Source: an uncultured Pirellulales bacterium
GTDB taxonomy: Bacteria > Planctomycetota > Planctomycetia > Pirellulales > CAYNRE01
Reading direction: 5' to 3'
Length of the DNA: 64,000 bases
NCBI GenBank assembly: GCA_964399535.1
Contig: CAYNRE010000070.1
Span: forward strand, 402,252-466,251
Both the position numbers and the translations under genes were made by a program. Under the pieces are notes generated by a model. It saw only the letters and a program-made list of their open reading frames with translations. It was not told the origin of the DNA and made no database searches. This document shows, in pieces, positions 45,929 to 56,260 of this stretch (within the stretch, counting starts at the first letter, position 1; each line of letters begins with the position of its first letter).

Positions 45929-46257
45929 GGGGCGCCTCCTTGGCGAATGACTGCCAGACTTACGAATGCCGCTCAGCCCGGGGAACCGCTCGGCTCTGCC
46001 AGCTCGAGCGCTCACGTGGAATCACGGCCCGATCCAAGGGGCCCCACCCACCAGGCACAACAGGTGCATAGCATACTATGCAGTTTCTCGATCGGTCAAG
46101 CCGATCCCAGTGGCCAAAATCCATTTTCCATTTAGAATTTGCAACCGAATCGCTGCGCGTTGACAAATCTCGGCCGAATCATTTCCATGCTGTGGTATGC
46201 TCTTGGCTCGCTTTGACCGGCGGAGCGGCGCGGACTTGGTAAGAGGGGTGACCTGGC

Positions 46258-46863
46258 GTGCTTTCGATCGAAGACCAGATTGTGCTGGCTCTGCGCCGGA
46301 CGAGTCAGGCCATCGACCAATACTCCCGGCAATTGCTCCGCGACTTCGGTGTGACCGCCCCGCAGCTCGCGACGCTGCGCGAAATCGTGTCGGGCCGCCA
46401 CACCTCTCCGATGGCGCTGGCCGACGTTTTGCATGTAAGCCAGCCCACGGTCACCGGCATTCTCTGCCGTCTCGAGCAACAGGGCCTGATCCAGCGTCAG
46501 AAATCGGCGACCGACCGGCGCAGCATCACGGCGTTGGCCACCGAAAAGGGGCGCTCGCTGGCCGCCTCGGCGCCCCCGTTGTTGCGGGACCAATTTCGCC
46601 AGGAGCTGGCGCGACTTCCCAATTGGCAGCAGACCGAGCTATTGGCCGCCCTGCAGCGCGTGGCCGCGATGATGCACGCGCCGGAGCTGACCGAGGCGCC
46701 CTTTCTGTTCCACGAATCGGGCGAGGCCGAGGCTCGGCCGGCGCCCAGGCGGCGGACACGTCGCGCAACCGCGCCACCGGCGGCCAGCGAAGCTTGCCCC
46801 TCGTCCGAAGCGGCCGGCCGCGAAACCCGCCAGGCCGCTCCGCGTGAACCTTCGACCCGTTGA
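46258..46863 (+). CDS. MarR-family transcriptional regulator
   Basis: GVTAPQLATLREIVSG...LADVLHVSQPTVTGILCRLEQQGLIQRQKSATDRRS is the wHTH MarR signature. GTG start. Acidic/Pro-rich C-tail. Confidence 0.75.
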   Translation: MLSIEDQIVLALRRTSQAIDQYSRQLLRDFGVTAPQLATLREIVSGRHTSPMALADVLHVSQPTVTGILCRLEQQGLIQRQKSATDRRSITALATEKGRSLAASAPPLLRDQFRQELARLPNWQQTELLAALQRVAAMMHAPELTEAPFLFHESGEAEARPAPRRRTRRATAPPAASEACPSSEAAGRETRQAAPREPSTR

Positions 46864-46892
46864 AAGCCCTCTCCCTCCCAGCCCAAGACAGA

Positions 46893-48737
46893 ATGTTCCG
46901 CAAACTACTTTTTTACGTCACACCCTGGCGGGCGTCTGCCAAATGGCTTGTTCTTTCGATCCTGGTCGGAATCGTCGCTGGCAGTGGCGGAATCGTCTTT
47001 CAAATCACCGAGCAAGTGATTTTCCGATTCGCCTCGCAGGGGCTGGCCGGGTTTTCTCCCTCCGAGGCCGCTGGCGAGCGGCGGTTGTTTGAAGATCCCG
47101 GCGTTCCGCTCTCGCCCGTTACGCTGTTGGCCGTGTTGGCGGTCGGCGGGCTGGCCTCGGGCGTGCTGCTGCAAACGCTGGCGCCAGAAGCCGAGGGGCA
47201 TGGCACCGATGCCGTGATCGAGGCCTTTCACCATCGCCGCGGCTACATCCGGCCCATCGTGCCGATTGTGAAGCTGTTTGCCTCGGCCATCACGATTGGC
47301 ACTGGCGGCTCGGGCGGGCGCGAGGGCCCCATTGCCCAGATCGGGGCCGGATTCGGCTCGATGCTCGGAAGCTGGATGCGACTCTCGGCCCGCGATCGCC
47401 GCATCCTGTTGGCCGCGGGAATGGGGGCCGGCATCGGGGCCATCTTTCGCGCTCCCCTGGCCGGGGCCCTGTTTGCCGCCGAAATTCTTTACCGCGACGC
47501 CGACCTGGAAACCGACGTGATCGTGCCCGCCGCGGTGAGCTCGATCGTCGGTTACACCGTATTCTCGTTCTGGCTGCCCCGCCCGGTACGGTTTCTGCCG
47601 CTGTTTGGCAACCATCTCGACCACCACCTCAATTCGCTGTTCGAGCTAGTGCCGATGACCCTGCTGGCCCTGGGCCTGGTTGCGGCCGGCATCGTCTACA
47701 TCAAGACCTTTTATGGCGTGCACCATCTCTCGAAGCGGTTGCCGATTCCGGCCATGCTCCGCCCGATGTTGGGCGCCGTCGTCGCGGGCCTGTTGGGGCT
47801 GGGGTTGTTCTATGCCAGCGGCGAGCGGCCGGCGGCGCTGGCCGTCTTGGGCACCGGCTACGGCACCCTGCAGCGCGCCGCCCTCGACCCCGGCGCGGTA
47901 GGTACCTGGCTGCTGCTCGCGGTGGCGCTGGGAAAGGTGCTGACCACTTCGGCCACGATCGGTTCGGGCGGCTCGGGCGGAGTGTTCGGCCCCTCGATGG
48001 TTATCGGCGGCTGCACCGGGGGGGCCATCGGCCAGTTGCTGCACCAGGTTTGGCCCAATTCCGTGCCCGAACCCGCCATTTACACCGTGGTGGGCATGGC
48101 GGGTTTCTTTGCCGGCTGCGCCCATGCCCCCATTTCGACGATCGTGATGGTGAGCGAATTGACCGGCGACTACAGCCTGCTGGTGCCCACCATGTGGGTA
48201 TCCACGCTTTGCTTCGTGCTCTGTCACCGCTGGACGCTGTACGAAAAGCAGGTGGCCAACCGGCTCGATTCGCCCGCCCACCGCGGCGATTTCTTCGTCA
48301 ACCTTCTGGAGGGCATGCAGGTCGGGGCGGTGCCTTGGATCAAGCGACAACCGGTCGCCGAGGCCATCACGCTGCAACAGATCCTTCAGCTTCTGACCGA
48401 GAGCCGCCAAGATTATTTTCCCGTTGTGGACAAAGACGACCATTTCGTCGGCATCTTTTCCACCAGCGACGTTCGCGGGTACTTGTACAACGATGTCATC
48501 TGGGGCATCGCCAATGCCCGCGACATCATGACCACCCGAATCATCTCGGTCACGCCCGAAGACGATTTGAATACCGCCCTGGCGCGGTTCACCGAATTGA
48601 ACCTCGACGAGCTGCCCGTCGTGGCCAAGGGCCGAAGCAACGAGTTGCTGGGCATGCTTCGCCGCAAAGACGTCATCGCCTTTTACAACCAGCGGCTGCA
48701 CGCCTACCAACGCGACCTGCACGAGCAGTCGGCCTGA
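46893..48737 (+). CDS. ClC-family voltage-gated chloride channel/H+-Cl- antiporter with C-terminal CBS pair
   Basis: GSGGREGP (selectivity-filter GSGIP-type motif), GxFxP-type segments and about 10 TM helices. Two C-terminal CBS domains (…FPVVDKDDHFVGIFSTSDV…, …LPVVAKGRSNELLGMLRRKDV…). Confidence 0.85.
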   Translation: MFRKLLFYVTPWRASAKWLVLSILVGIVAGSGGIVFQITEQVIFRFASQGLAGFSPSEAAGERRLFEDPGVPLSPVTLLAVLAVGGLASGVLLQTLAPEAEGHGTDAVIEAFHHRRGYIRPIVPIVKLFASAITIGTGGSGGREGPIAQIGAGFGSMLGSWMRLSARDRRILLAAGMGAGIGAIFRAPLAGALFAAEILYRDADLETDVIVPAAVSSIVGYTVFSFWLPRPVRFLPLFGNHLDHHLNSLFELVPMTLLALGLVAAGIVYIKTFYGVHHLSKRLPIPAMLRPMLGAVVAGLLGLGLFYASGERPAALAVLGTGYGTLQRAALDPGAVGTWLLLAVALGKVLTTSATIGSGGSGGVFGPSMVIGGCTGGAIGQLLHQVWPNSVPEPAIYTVVGMAGFFAGCAHAPISTIVMVSELTGDYSLLVPTMWVSTLCFVLCHRWTLYEKQVANRLDSPAHRGDFFVNLLEGMQVGAVPWIKRQPVAEAITLQQILQLLTESRQDYFPVVDKDDHFVGIFSTSDVRGYLYNDVIWGIANARDIMTTRIISVTPEDDLNTALARFTELNLDELPVVAKGRSNELLGMLRRKDVIAFYNQRLHAYQRDLHEQSA

Positions 48738-49061
48738 CCCGCAGAGGGGAACACGCCGCCGGCGGGGGGGCCCGTTCGACCGGCGCACCCTGGCTCAACT
48801 GCCGGCGGAGCAACGCGGGTTTCGTCTGCTCTGGTCGCGCGGTTCTTGTGCCGCGCCAGTTTGGCGAGCCAGGTGCCAAGGGTTAGAATCCTCAGGCAGT
48901 AGCGCTGCCCGGGCCGGGTGGTCCGGTTGGCGGCCGACCGGGGGATGCATTTTGTGGGGCCGATCAGGCCTCGCGCAAGTCGCGGCGCGAGCCAGTCGCG
49001 ATGGAGCCACCCGGCCGATGTGCCCCAATTTAATCAACAATCCACGCGGGGAGTGATTGCC

Positions 49062-49877
49062 ATGAAACAGTTCTGCCAAGTCGCCTTGCTGCTGGTCGTG
49101 TCGCTCACCTTCGTTGCCGCGCCGGCGGCGGCCCAGCCGCGTGGCGGCGGTGGTCCCGGCGGCCGGATGGGAGCCCTGGGCCGAATGATCTCGACCAGTG
49201 TAATCCTGCTGGCCATGCCCGAGGTGCGCGAAGAGCTGAAGGCCACGCCGGAGCAGAGTGCCCAGATCGACAAGATTCTGCAGGCGGCTCGCGATCGGTT
49301 GTTCAGCGAGATCGATATCTTCGAACTGCAAAACGCCGAGGGCGAGGAGCGGGAGGAGATTCTCGAGGAGTTGCGCGTATTGGCGGCCGAAATGGCGGCC
49401 GAGGCGAAGAAATCGCTCAGCGAAACGCTCGACGCCACGCAACTGGCCCGCCTGGAAGAACTGTACCTGCAGAGCGAGGGGGCTCGCGGCCTGACGCGGC
49501 CCGAGGTGGTCCAGGCCCTGGGGCTAAGCGACGAACAGGTCAAGAAGATCAACGCCGTGTTCGATGAGGCGGATTCGGCCCCGCCGCCGGCGCGCAATTT
49601 CCGCGAACTCTCCGACGAGCAGCGGCAGCAGTTGTTCGAGGAGATGCGGGCACGCCGCGAGAAGACTCAGGCCGAAGCCTTGGCCGTACTGGACGAGGCG
49701 CAGCAGAAGTCATGGCAAACCATGCAAGGCGCGGCCTTCGAGTTTCCGCGGGGTGGCGGCGGGATCGGCGCCTTTTTCGGCTTCGGCGGCCGCGGACAGG
49801 GTGGACCCGGCCAAGGCGGACCTGGCCGCGGCGGCGCGGGGCAGGGGGGTCCGGGCGGCTCGGGCCGCGGACGCTAG
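49062..49877 (+). CDS. secreted Spy/CpxP-like (LTXXQ-motif) periplasmic protein with Gly-rich C-tail (hypothetical)
   Basis: Signal peptide [24 protein letters not shown]. There are three (T/S)xEQ helix-capping repeats ([37 protein letters not shown]). C-terminal [17 protein letters not shown]. Confidence 0.4.
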   Translation: MKQFCQVALLLVVSLTFVAAPAAAQPRGGGGPGGRMGALGRMISTSVILLAMPEVREELKATPEQSAQIDKILQAARDRLFSEIDIFELQNAEGEEREEILEELRVLAAEMAAEAKKSLSETLDATQLARLEELYLQSEGARGLTRPEVVQALGLSDEQVKKINAVFDEADSAPPPARNFRELSDEQRQQLFEEMRARREKTQAEALAVLDEAQQKSWQTMQGAAFEFPRGGGGIGAFFGFGGRGQGGPGQGGPGRGGAGQGGPGGSGRGR

Positions 49878-49999
49878 CCGGCAGCCCTAAGCAAGCGCAC
49901 CCGAACCCGCGGCGTCTCGATCAGCCCGAGCGCCGCGGGAAACCACTGGAACCCCGGCTCAGATTCAACAAGCCAGTATGCACCCGGAGTCGGCACGAG

Positions 50000-51001
50000 A
50001 TGTCCAGGCGAATGCAGCGGACCCCGCGTCGCGGTTTTACCTTGGTCGAGTTGCTGGTGGTGATAGCCGTCATCGGCCTCTTGATTGCGCTCTTGCTGCC
50101 CGCGGTGCAGGCGGCTCGCGAAGCGGCGCGGCGCACGCAGTGTCGAAACAACCTGAAACAGATTGGGTTGGCCCTGCATAATTACCTAGCCGCGGTCGGC
50201 ACCTTTCCGCCGGTGTCGGTGCTGCCCAAGGGGATGACGTTCGAACCTTGGTCGGGACAGGCCCGATTGCTCGACTACTTGGAGCAATCGAACCTTGTGC
50301 GATTGATCGACTGGAGCGCCAGCCCCGAATTCACGGGCAGCCCGGTCGTGGCTCGCACCCGGGTTTCAACCTATCTCTGCCCGAGCGAACTGAACGACCG
50401 TGCTCGCCTTACGCCCACCCTGACTCACTACCCACTCAACTACGGATTGAACGAGGGCACCTGGTTCATTTATCACCCGGTGACCGGCCAGACGGGCGAC
50501 GGCGGATTCGCACCGAACCGTGCCTTTCGCCCGGCCGAGATCTCCGACGGTTTTTCGAACACGCTGGCAGCCGCCGAGGTCAAGGCCTTTCAGCCCAATC
50601 TGTGGGACACCATGATGCCGGCGGTCGAGAACGTGTCTGCCCCGCTCGACCCCGCCGAGCTAGTGCCCTACCTGGGCGGCACCTTCGACACCAATGGCCA
50701 CACGGAATGGGTCGAGGGCGACGTTCACGAAAGCGGCTTTACGACCACCTTCACGCCGAACAAGCCAATTCCCTACGCCTTCTCCGGGCAGACCTACGAC
50801 ATTGACCTGACCTCGATGCGCGACGGTGAATCGCTCACGCTGCCGACCTATGCGGCGATAACCGCACGCAGCTACCACCCGCTCTTGGTCCACGCGCTGT
50901 ACTTTGATGGTTCCGTACGGGCCATGTCGGAAAACGTGGAACTACGCGTCTGGCGATCGTTGGGCACACGCGCCGGGGGTGAACCCGTCGTGGGGCCGTA
51001 A
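50000..51001 (+). CDS. DUF1559 protein with prepilin-type N-terminal cleavage/methylation domain (Planctomycete pseudopilin-like family)
   Basis: [52 protein letters not shown] is the class-III signal peptide plus conserved DUF1559 start. Upstream in-frame ORF extension is spurious. Confidence 0.8.
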   Translation: MSRRMQRTPRRGFTLVELLVVIAVIGLLIALLLPAVQAAREAARRTQCRNNLKQIGLALHNYLAAVGTFPPVSVLPKGMTFEPWSGQARLLDYLEQSNLVRLIDWSASPEFTGSPVVARTRVSTYLCPSELNDRARLTPTLTHYPLNYGLNEGTWFIYHPVTGQTGDGGFAPNRAFRPAEISDGFSNTLAAAEVKAFQPNLWDTMMPAVENVSAPLDPAELVPYLGGTFDTNGHTEWVEGDVHESGFTTTFTPNKPIPYAFSGQTYDIDLTSMRDGESLTLPTYAAITARSYHPLLVHALYFDGSVRAMSENVELRVWRSLGTRAGGEPVVGP

Positions 51002-51004
51002 TAC

Positions 51005-51094
51005 GTTGTTGAAATAGGTCGTCGTGGTGTATTTCAACAATCGCCGAGTTCGTAGCAGGACTGCTCGCGGAATCGCACAATAACGACTTACGCT
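51005..51094. repeat. intergenic inverted repeat GTTGTTGAAATA...TATTTCAACAA plus degenerate copy of the 45.4-kb palindrome core
   Basis: Shares TTGAAATAGG and GTAAGTCGTTATT (inverted) with 45424-45490. Confidence 0.5.
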
Positions 51095-51154
51095 GCTATT
51101 CTCGCGATCGCGTTCAGGCAATCCCCCGGCCTGCTGAGTGCTTCAAAGGTTGGC

Positions 51155-51646
51155 TTGACCGACGAGACCGAAATGGAGCGAATGCTCGATCATCGTCGCG
51201 CCTGGTGCTTTCCGAGCGAGACCGGCGGCCTACGGCTCGTCTCGGCGAACCCTCGTTGGTCCCGAGCAAGTGTCCTAGGGCTGTTGCTTGCGGTGGCCGC
51301 GCTGGCCGGCTGCGGCCGTTCTTCAGCCCAACCGAGTACGGAAGAAGCGACGGCCGTCGGCACTCTGTTTCTAGAGAGAATCCGTCATGGCTCGGCGGCC
51401 GAGGCTTGGCAGTCGACCACCGCCGAATTCAAGAGCGCCCTGGGCCAGGACCGCTTCGTGCGTTATGTCGCCGATCGGCCCGTGCTTGGGCAACCGCTGA
51501 CGTTTCGCGATGCGCAAACCGTGGTGATCAACGAACAACCTCGGGTCGAGTGCGCGTTTCGCCACGCCGAGACCGGGGCGGTGGTGAAGTTGCTGATTGG
51601 CCGAGAGCACGACACCTGGCGGGTCGATCGGCTCACCATTGAGTAG
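51155..51646 (+). CDS. lipoprotein (hypothetical)
   Basis: VLGLLLAVAALAGCG is a lipobox. No domain recognised. Start is uncertain. Confidence 0.4.
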   Translation: MTDETEMERMLDHRRAWCFPSETGGLRLVSANPRWSRASVLGLLLAVAALAGCGRSSAQPSTEEATAVGTLFLERIRHGSAAEAWQSTTAEFKSALGQDRFVRYVADRPVLGQPLTFRDAQTVVINEQPRVECAFRHAETGAVVKLLIGREHDTWRVDRLTIE

Positions 51647-51745
51647 CTGAACCGGGTCGCCCATGCGCCGCACGGAACATCCGCGGCGTGCCCGTACCCC
51701 TGAACGCGAACTAACTCGAGCGGCGGTGGTTCTGCTGGCCGGCGG

Positions 51746-53188
51746 TTAGAGGGTTTCCTCGCCAGGGGTGTCGGTGCCCTCCGGACGGGTCGCCGCGATC
51801 TGCCCCAACCCCTCGACCGCTTGAACCAAGAGCAGGTCTTGCCGGGGGAACACCGAACGCAGATCGAGCAGCAACCGGTCGCGCTGCACGCGCCCCACCA
51901 CCGCGGGCTGGCCCGACCGTAGCTCGGCGGCCATGCGATCGACTCCGCCCTGCGCCGGCTTGATCGCCACGCACCAGGTCGGAATCTGTTGATTGGGCAC
52001 CGAACCGCCACCCAGATAGGTCACGTCTTCCACGGCTTCGGCACTGGCCACCGCACCAAGCGCCGCAAGTTGAGGAGCGATGCGGCCGGCGCGGTGCCGG
52101 AGGTTTTCCAGCGGGGTGGTCAGCAACTGCAGCAGCGGAATCTGCTCTTCCGCCTGCTGGGGCGAGCGATACAGCTTGAGTGTGGCATACAGCGCGGCCA
52201 GCGTTAGCTTGTCGACTCGCAGGGCCCGCGCCAGCGGGTGCGCATGCACCTGATCGACGAGCTCGCGGCGGCCGGCCAGAATTCCGCACTGGGGCCCACC
52301 GAGTAGCTTGTCGCCGCTGAACAGCACCAGGTCGGCTCCGGCGGCCAGGCTCGCCGCGGCACGGGGTTCGTCGGGGCAGCCATACGCGTCGAAATCGACC
52401 AGCGCCCCGGACCCCAAATCGTGGATCACCGTTAGCCGGTGCTGCCGGCCCAGCGCGACCAACTCTTCCAGGGCAGGGGTCTCGCTAAACCCGACCACGC
52501 GGTAATTGCTGGGGTGCACCTGCATCAGGGCGGCCGTTTCGGGGCCGATGGCCCGGCGGTAGTCTTCCAGCCGAGTTTTGTTCGTGGTTCCCACCTCGCG
52601 CAGCCGAGCGCCGCTGGCGCTCATGACGTCGGGCAGGCGGTAGCTGCCACCGATTTCGATCAGTTCTCCGCGCGACACAATCACCTCGCGCCCGGCGGCC
52701 AGGGCCGCCAGCGCCAGCAGCGTGGCCCCCGCGTTGTTGTTCACTACCGCGGCCGCCTCGGCCCCGGTCAACTGGCAAATCAGCGGCTCGACCGCGGCGA
52801 CCCGCTGGCTCCGCTTGCCCGAGGCCAGGTCGATCTCGACGCTGGCATAGTCGCGGGCCACCTCGACCATGGCGGCAATCGCCGCATCGGCAAGTGGGGC
52901 CCGACCCAAACCCGTGTGCAGCAAGATGCCCGTGGCGTTGATCACCGGGCGCAGGCTTGGCTCTTCGCCCTGCAAGATGCGCCGAGCGATGCGCTCGGCC
53001 AACTCGCCCACGTGGGGCAGCGAACGCTCGCTGGCCGCCATTTGCAGTTCGCCCCGCACTTCGTCCAGAAACGATCGCACGCCGCTGACCACCACGTTGC
53101 GGCTTAACCGATCGCTCAGCGATTTAAGCTGGGGGCTCTCCAACAACTCGCTCACGCTCGGCAAGTTTCGCAGCAGACTATTGGCCAT
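51746..53188 (-). CDS. selA: L-seryl-tRNA(Sec) selenium transferase
   Basis: The sequence has the full-length SelA pattern. Examples are NATGILLHTGLGRAPL and GATLLALAALAAGREVIVSRGELIEIGGSYRLPDVM. The PLP-Lys motif FSGDKLLGGPQCG is present. Confidence 0.85.
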   Translation of the reverse strand: MANSLLRNLPSVSELLESPQLKSLSDRLSRNVVVSGVRSFLDEVRGELQMAASERSLPHVGELAERIARRILQGEEPSLRPVINATGILLHTGLGRAPLADAAIAAMVEVARDYASVEIDLASGKRSQRVAAVEPLICQLTGAEAAAVVNNNAGATLLALAALAAGREVIVSRGELIEIGGSYRLPDVMSASGARLREVGTTNKTRLEDYRRAIGPETAALMQVHPSNYRVVGFSETPALEELVALGRQHRLTVIHDLGSGALVDFDAYGCPDEPRAAASLAAGADLVLFSGDKLLGGPQCGILAGRRELVDQVHAHPLARALRVDKLTLAALYATLKLYRSPQQAEEQIPLLQLLTTPLENLRHRAGRIAPQLAALGAVASAEAVEDVTYLGGGSVPNQQIPTWCVAIKPAQGGVDRMAAELRSGQPAVVGRVQRDRLLLDLRSVFPRQDLLLVQAVEGLGQIAATRPEGTDTPGEETL

Positions 53189-53452
53189 GGCTGGCGTTGC
53201 TCCTCATCGCCCTCGGGTCGGGCGGCTCGATGAATGGCGCATACCCGACTGCCGGAAAATGCTACCCGGGCGGGCCAATCCGTTGCGGGCGTAAGGGGCC
53301 CGCGCGGGCGTTTCGGCAATTGCCGATTCTGTCAGTATACCCCAGGCGGGGCAGGGCGGGGCGCGCACTCCCCATTGGCTCGCGGCCGCGCCGCAGCGCA
53401 ACCTGGCCCGCGCGGGGGCGTGGGCGCGGACGGACAAGCTCCGTCAAACCAC

Positions 53453-54694
53453 TCAACCCTCGACCGGCGGCTTGGGTTCGCCTCGGGCCACGGCCTCGGC
53501 CGAGCGCAAAATGCGCAGCAGGTTCCCGCCCAGCACCTTGCGAATCTCGTCTGGCGAGTAGCCTCGCCGGAGCAAGGCTTCCGTCAGGCGCGGATAGCAC
53601 GACACGTCCTCGAGGCCAACGGGCAGCTTGTCGACCCCGTCGAAATCGGACCCGAGCCCGACGTGGTCGATGCCAGCCACGCGGACGATGTGATCGATGT
53701 GATCGGCCACGGTGGCAACGCTTCCGGCGGCCATTTGTTCGGCCAACCGCTGGTAGGCCGCCCGGGCCTCGGTGTCGGCCCGGTCTCCCTCGGTTTCCCG
53801 CCGCCTGAGGCGCTCGGCCTGCAGCTCGGCTAGTTGCCGCGCGGCCCCCGCAACCACGTAGCCGGAATAAAAGTTGACCATCACCAGGCCGTCGTGGTCC
53901 CGAATCATCTTCAAGATTTCGTCGGGCACATTGCGGGGGTGCGGGGCCAGGGCAAACGCGGACGAGTGCGAAGCCACGACCGGGGCCAGGCTGGTCTGAA
54001 TGGCATCGCGCATGGTATCGACCGAAACGTGCGAGATGTCGACCAACATGCCCAGCCGATTCAGCGTTCGCACCACTTCTCTGCCAAAATCGCTTAGCCC
54101 TTGGTGTCGCGGCGCGTCGGTCGCCGAATCGGCCCAATCGGTGTTTCGCGAGTGGGTCAGGGTCAGGTAGCGAGCTCCGCGCTGGCCAAACCGCTCAAGC
54201 GTGGCCAGGCTGTTTTCGATCGAGTGCCCCCCCTCGATACCGATCAGGGCGCCAATTCTTCCCTGCTCGTGAATTCGTTCGAGGTCCGCTGCCGAGCGGG
54301 CCAACTCGAAACTGTCGGGATAACGGGCCACGAGCTGTTCGATGAGTTCGATCTGTTGAAAGGTTTGCAGGGCCGCCTCGCCAGCCAGCCCGGCTTCGAC
54401 CGGCACATAGGCCGAGAAAAACAGCGCCCCCACGCCGCCGCGCCGCAAGCGGGGAATATCGGTATGCAGGCTGAGTTGCTCCACGCCCACGTCGAGCTGG
54501 TCAAGCCGGCCAGCCGCCTGCTCGCGCAGTTGCCAGGGCAGATCGTTATGGCCGTCGACCACCAAGGAGCTGGTGTGAATCGCCTGGGCCTGGGGGCCGG
54601 GGTCGAACTCGCCCGGTGTGGCCGGCGGCTGGTCGGCCGACGCCAACCCCGTGGCCAAAGCGGCTCCCACCGCCAGATAGCAACCGAGCCGCAT
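53453..54694 (-). CDS. membrane dipeptidase, peptidase family M19 (renal dipeptidase-like)
   Basis: LVVDGHNDLPWQLRE is the M19 hallmark. HVGLGSDFDG is the metal site. Signal peptide MRLGCYLAVGAALATGLASA. Confidence 0.8.
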   Translation of the reverse strand: MRLGCYLAVGAALATGLASADQPPATPGEFDPGPQAQAIHTSSLVVDGHNDLPWQLREQAAGRLDQLDVGVEQLSLHTDIPRLRRGGVGALFFSAYVPVEAGLAGEAALQTFQQIELIEQLVARYPDSFELARSAADLERIHEQGRIGALIGIEGGHSIENSLATLERFGQRGARYLTLTHSRNTDWADSATDAPRHQGLSDFGREVVRTLNRLGMLVDISHVSVDTMRDAIQTSLAPVVASHSSAFALAPHPRNVPDEILKMIRDHDGLVMVNFYSGYVVAGAARQLAELQAERLRRRETEGDRADTEARAAYQRLAEQMAAGSVATVADHIDHIVRVAGIDHVGLGSDFDGVDKLPVGLEDVSCYPRLTEALLRRGYSPDEIRKVLGGNLLRILRSAEAVARGEPKPPVEG

Positions 54695-54829
54695 CGCGGT
54701 CCGAGTAATCACGCTTTTCCTGTCAAGACGAAGGCACCAGGTCGGTCGCTCGAAGTTCGGCGTCCGCGCGGCGAAGTTTCGCACCTGCCCGGTTCGAGGG
54801 GACCACGGCCGGCAACCGCTTGGGTAAGT

Positions 54830-56260
54830 CTATTCCAACACCGCCGCGGGAGCGAGCAGATTGGCGCGCCGTAGCGTCACCTCGAAGCAGGCTCCCTGCC
54901 CCTGGCTGCTGTGAACCGTGATCTCGCCGCCGTGGGCCCGCACAATCGCCGAACAAATGCTCAACCCCAGGCCGGTGCCCGCGGTCGGCCCCTCGCGGTG
55001 CCTCGACTTGTCGCCCCGATAGAACCGATCGAACACGTGAGGCAAGTCCTCGGGCGGTATGCCCGCGCCGCTGTCTTGAACCCGCAGTAGAATCTGCGAC
55101 GGGTCTTGAGGCGAATCGACCAGCTCGACTAAAACCCATCCCCCGGCCGGAGTGAACTTCAAGGCGTTGTCGACCAGGTTGTTGATCACTTGCCGCAACC
55201 GGTACGTGTCTCCCGCCACCGGGTCGCGGCAGAGCAGCGAGGCCCGCAGATCGATGTCCCGCTCATCGGCGATTCCCTGAAACATCGCCACGGCCTTGGC
55301 GGCGAGTTGGTCGAGCATCACGGGCCGCAACAGGTTGCTCCTTGGCTCCGATTCCACTTCGGCCAGAGTCAACAGTTGATTGACAAGCCCCGTTAGCGCC
55401 GAACACTCTTCGACTAGCGAGTTGAGCAGCTCTTTGTATTCCTCGGTCGAGCGATCGGAGTTCAGGGCAACTTCCACGGCGTTTTGAATCGCCGCCAGCG
55501 GCGAACGCATTTCGTGGGCCGCATTCGCCACAAATTCGCGGTTCTGTTGCAAATAAGCGCCGATCCGGTCGAGCAGGCCGTTGACCGTCAGGGCGATGCG
55601 GTCGAGCTCGTCGCCGGTGCCCCGGGTGGGCAATCGCTCGGTCAGCCAATCGGGCCGCAAGCGGCGAGCCGTGTCGATGATTTGCGCCACCGGCTCGGTG
55701 GCTCGGCGCGCCAGCCAGAAGCCGCTAAACGGCGCCAGCACCAACAACAACAGCCCCACCGAGAGCATGATTTGCGAAATCCGCAACACATCGGCGTGCA
55801 CCGGGTCGAGCGAGGCGCCCACCCGAACGGTTAACCGCCGCCCGTCGGGCAGTTCGACCGAGCGGCTTGCCAAGCGATATCCCTGAATCGTACGCACGAT
55901 GTCGCGCTGGGTCGGCGCCATGATAAACGCGCCCAATTCGGGCGCGCCGCGGCTGGCCAGCTGAACCTTGCCCTGCTCGTCGAGAAGCTGGACGAACAAA
56001 TGCCGATGGGTGTGCGCCGAAGCCTGGCGGTCGATCTCTCGCTGGATCGTTTCCCAGTGCGGAAAGAGTTCCACCACGGTCAGCCGATTAGCCTGGGCGT
56101 CGTCGAATAGTTCGCTGTCTGCCTCTTGCAGGAGCCGAAGCCGCAGCCCCTCGCGTACCGCCACCAGCGAAACGCCGACCGTCAGCAGAACCACCAGCGT
56201 ATTCCAGAGCATCAGCCGGGCTTGGAGCGATCGGAAGAAATTAGCTCGCCCGGAGGGCAT
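54830..56260 (-). CDS. sensor histidine kinase (HAMP-HisKA-HATPase; BaeS/CpxA-like)
   Basis: Two TM helices, ANAAHEMRSPLAAIQ H-box, and DSGAGIPPEDLPHVFDRFYRGD...GTGLGLSIC ATPase motifs. Confidence 0.85.
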   Translation of the reverse strand: MPSGRANFFRSLQARLMLWNTLVVLLTVGVSLVAVREGLRLRLLQEADSELFDDAQANRLTVVELFPHWETIQREIDRQASAHTHRHLFVQLLDEQGKVQLASRGAPELGAFIMAPTQRDIVRTIQGYRLASRSVELPDGRRLTVRVGASLDPVHADVLRISQIMLSVGLLLLVLAPFSGFWLARRATEPVAQIIDTARRLRPDWLTERLPTRGTGDELDRIALTVNGLLDRIGAYLQQNREFVANAAHEMRSPLAAIQNAVEVALNSDRSTEEYKELLNSLVEECSALTGLVNQLLTLAEVESEPRSNLLRPVMLDQLAAKAVAMFQGIADERDIDLRASLLCRDPVAGDTYRLRQVINNLVDNALKFTPAGGWVLVELVDSPQDPSQILLRVQDSGAGIPPEDLPHVFDRFYRGDKSRHREGPTAGTGLGLSICSAIVRAHGGEITVHSSQGQGACFEVTLRRANLLAPAAVLE

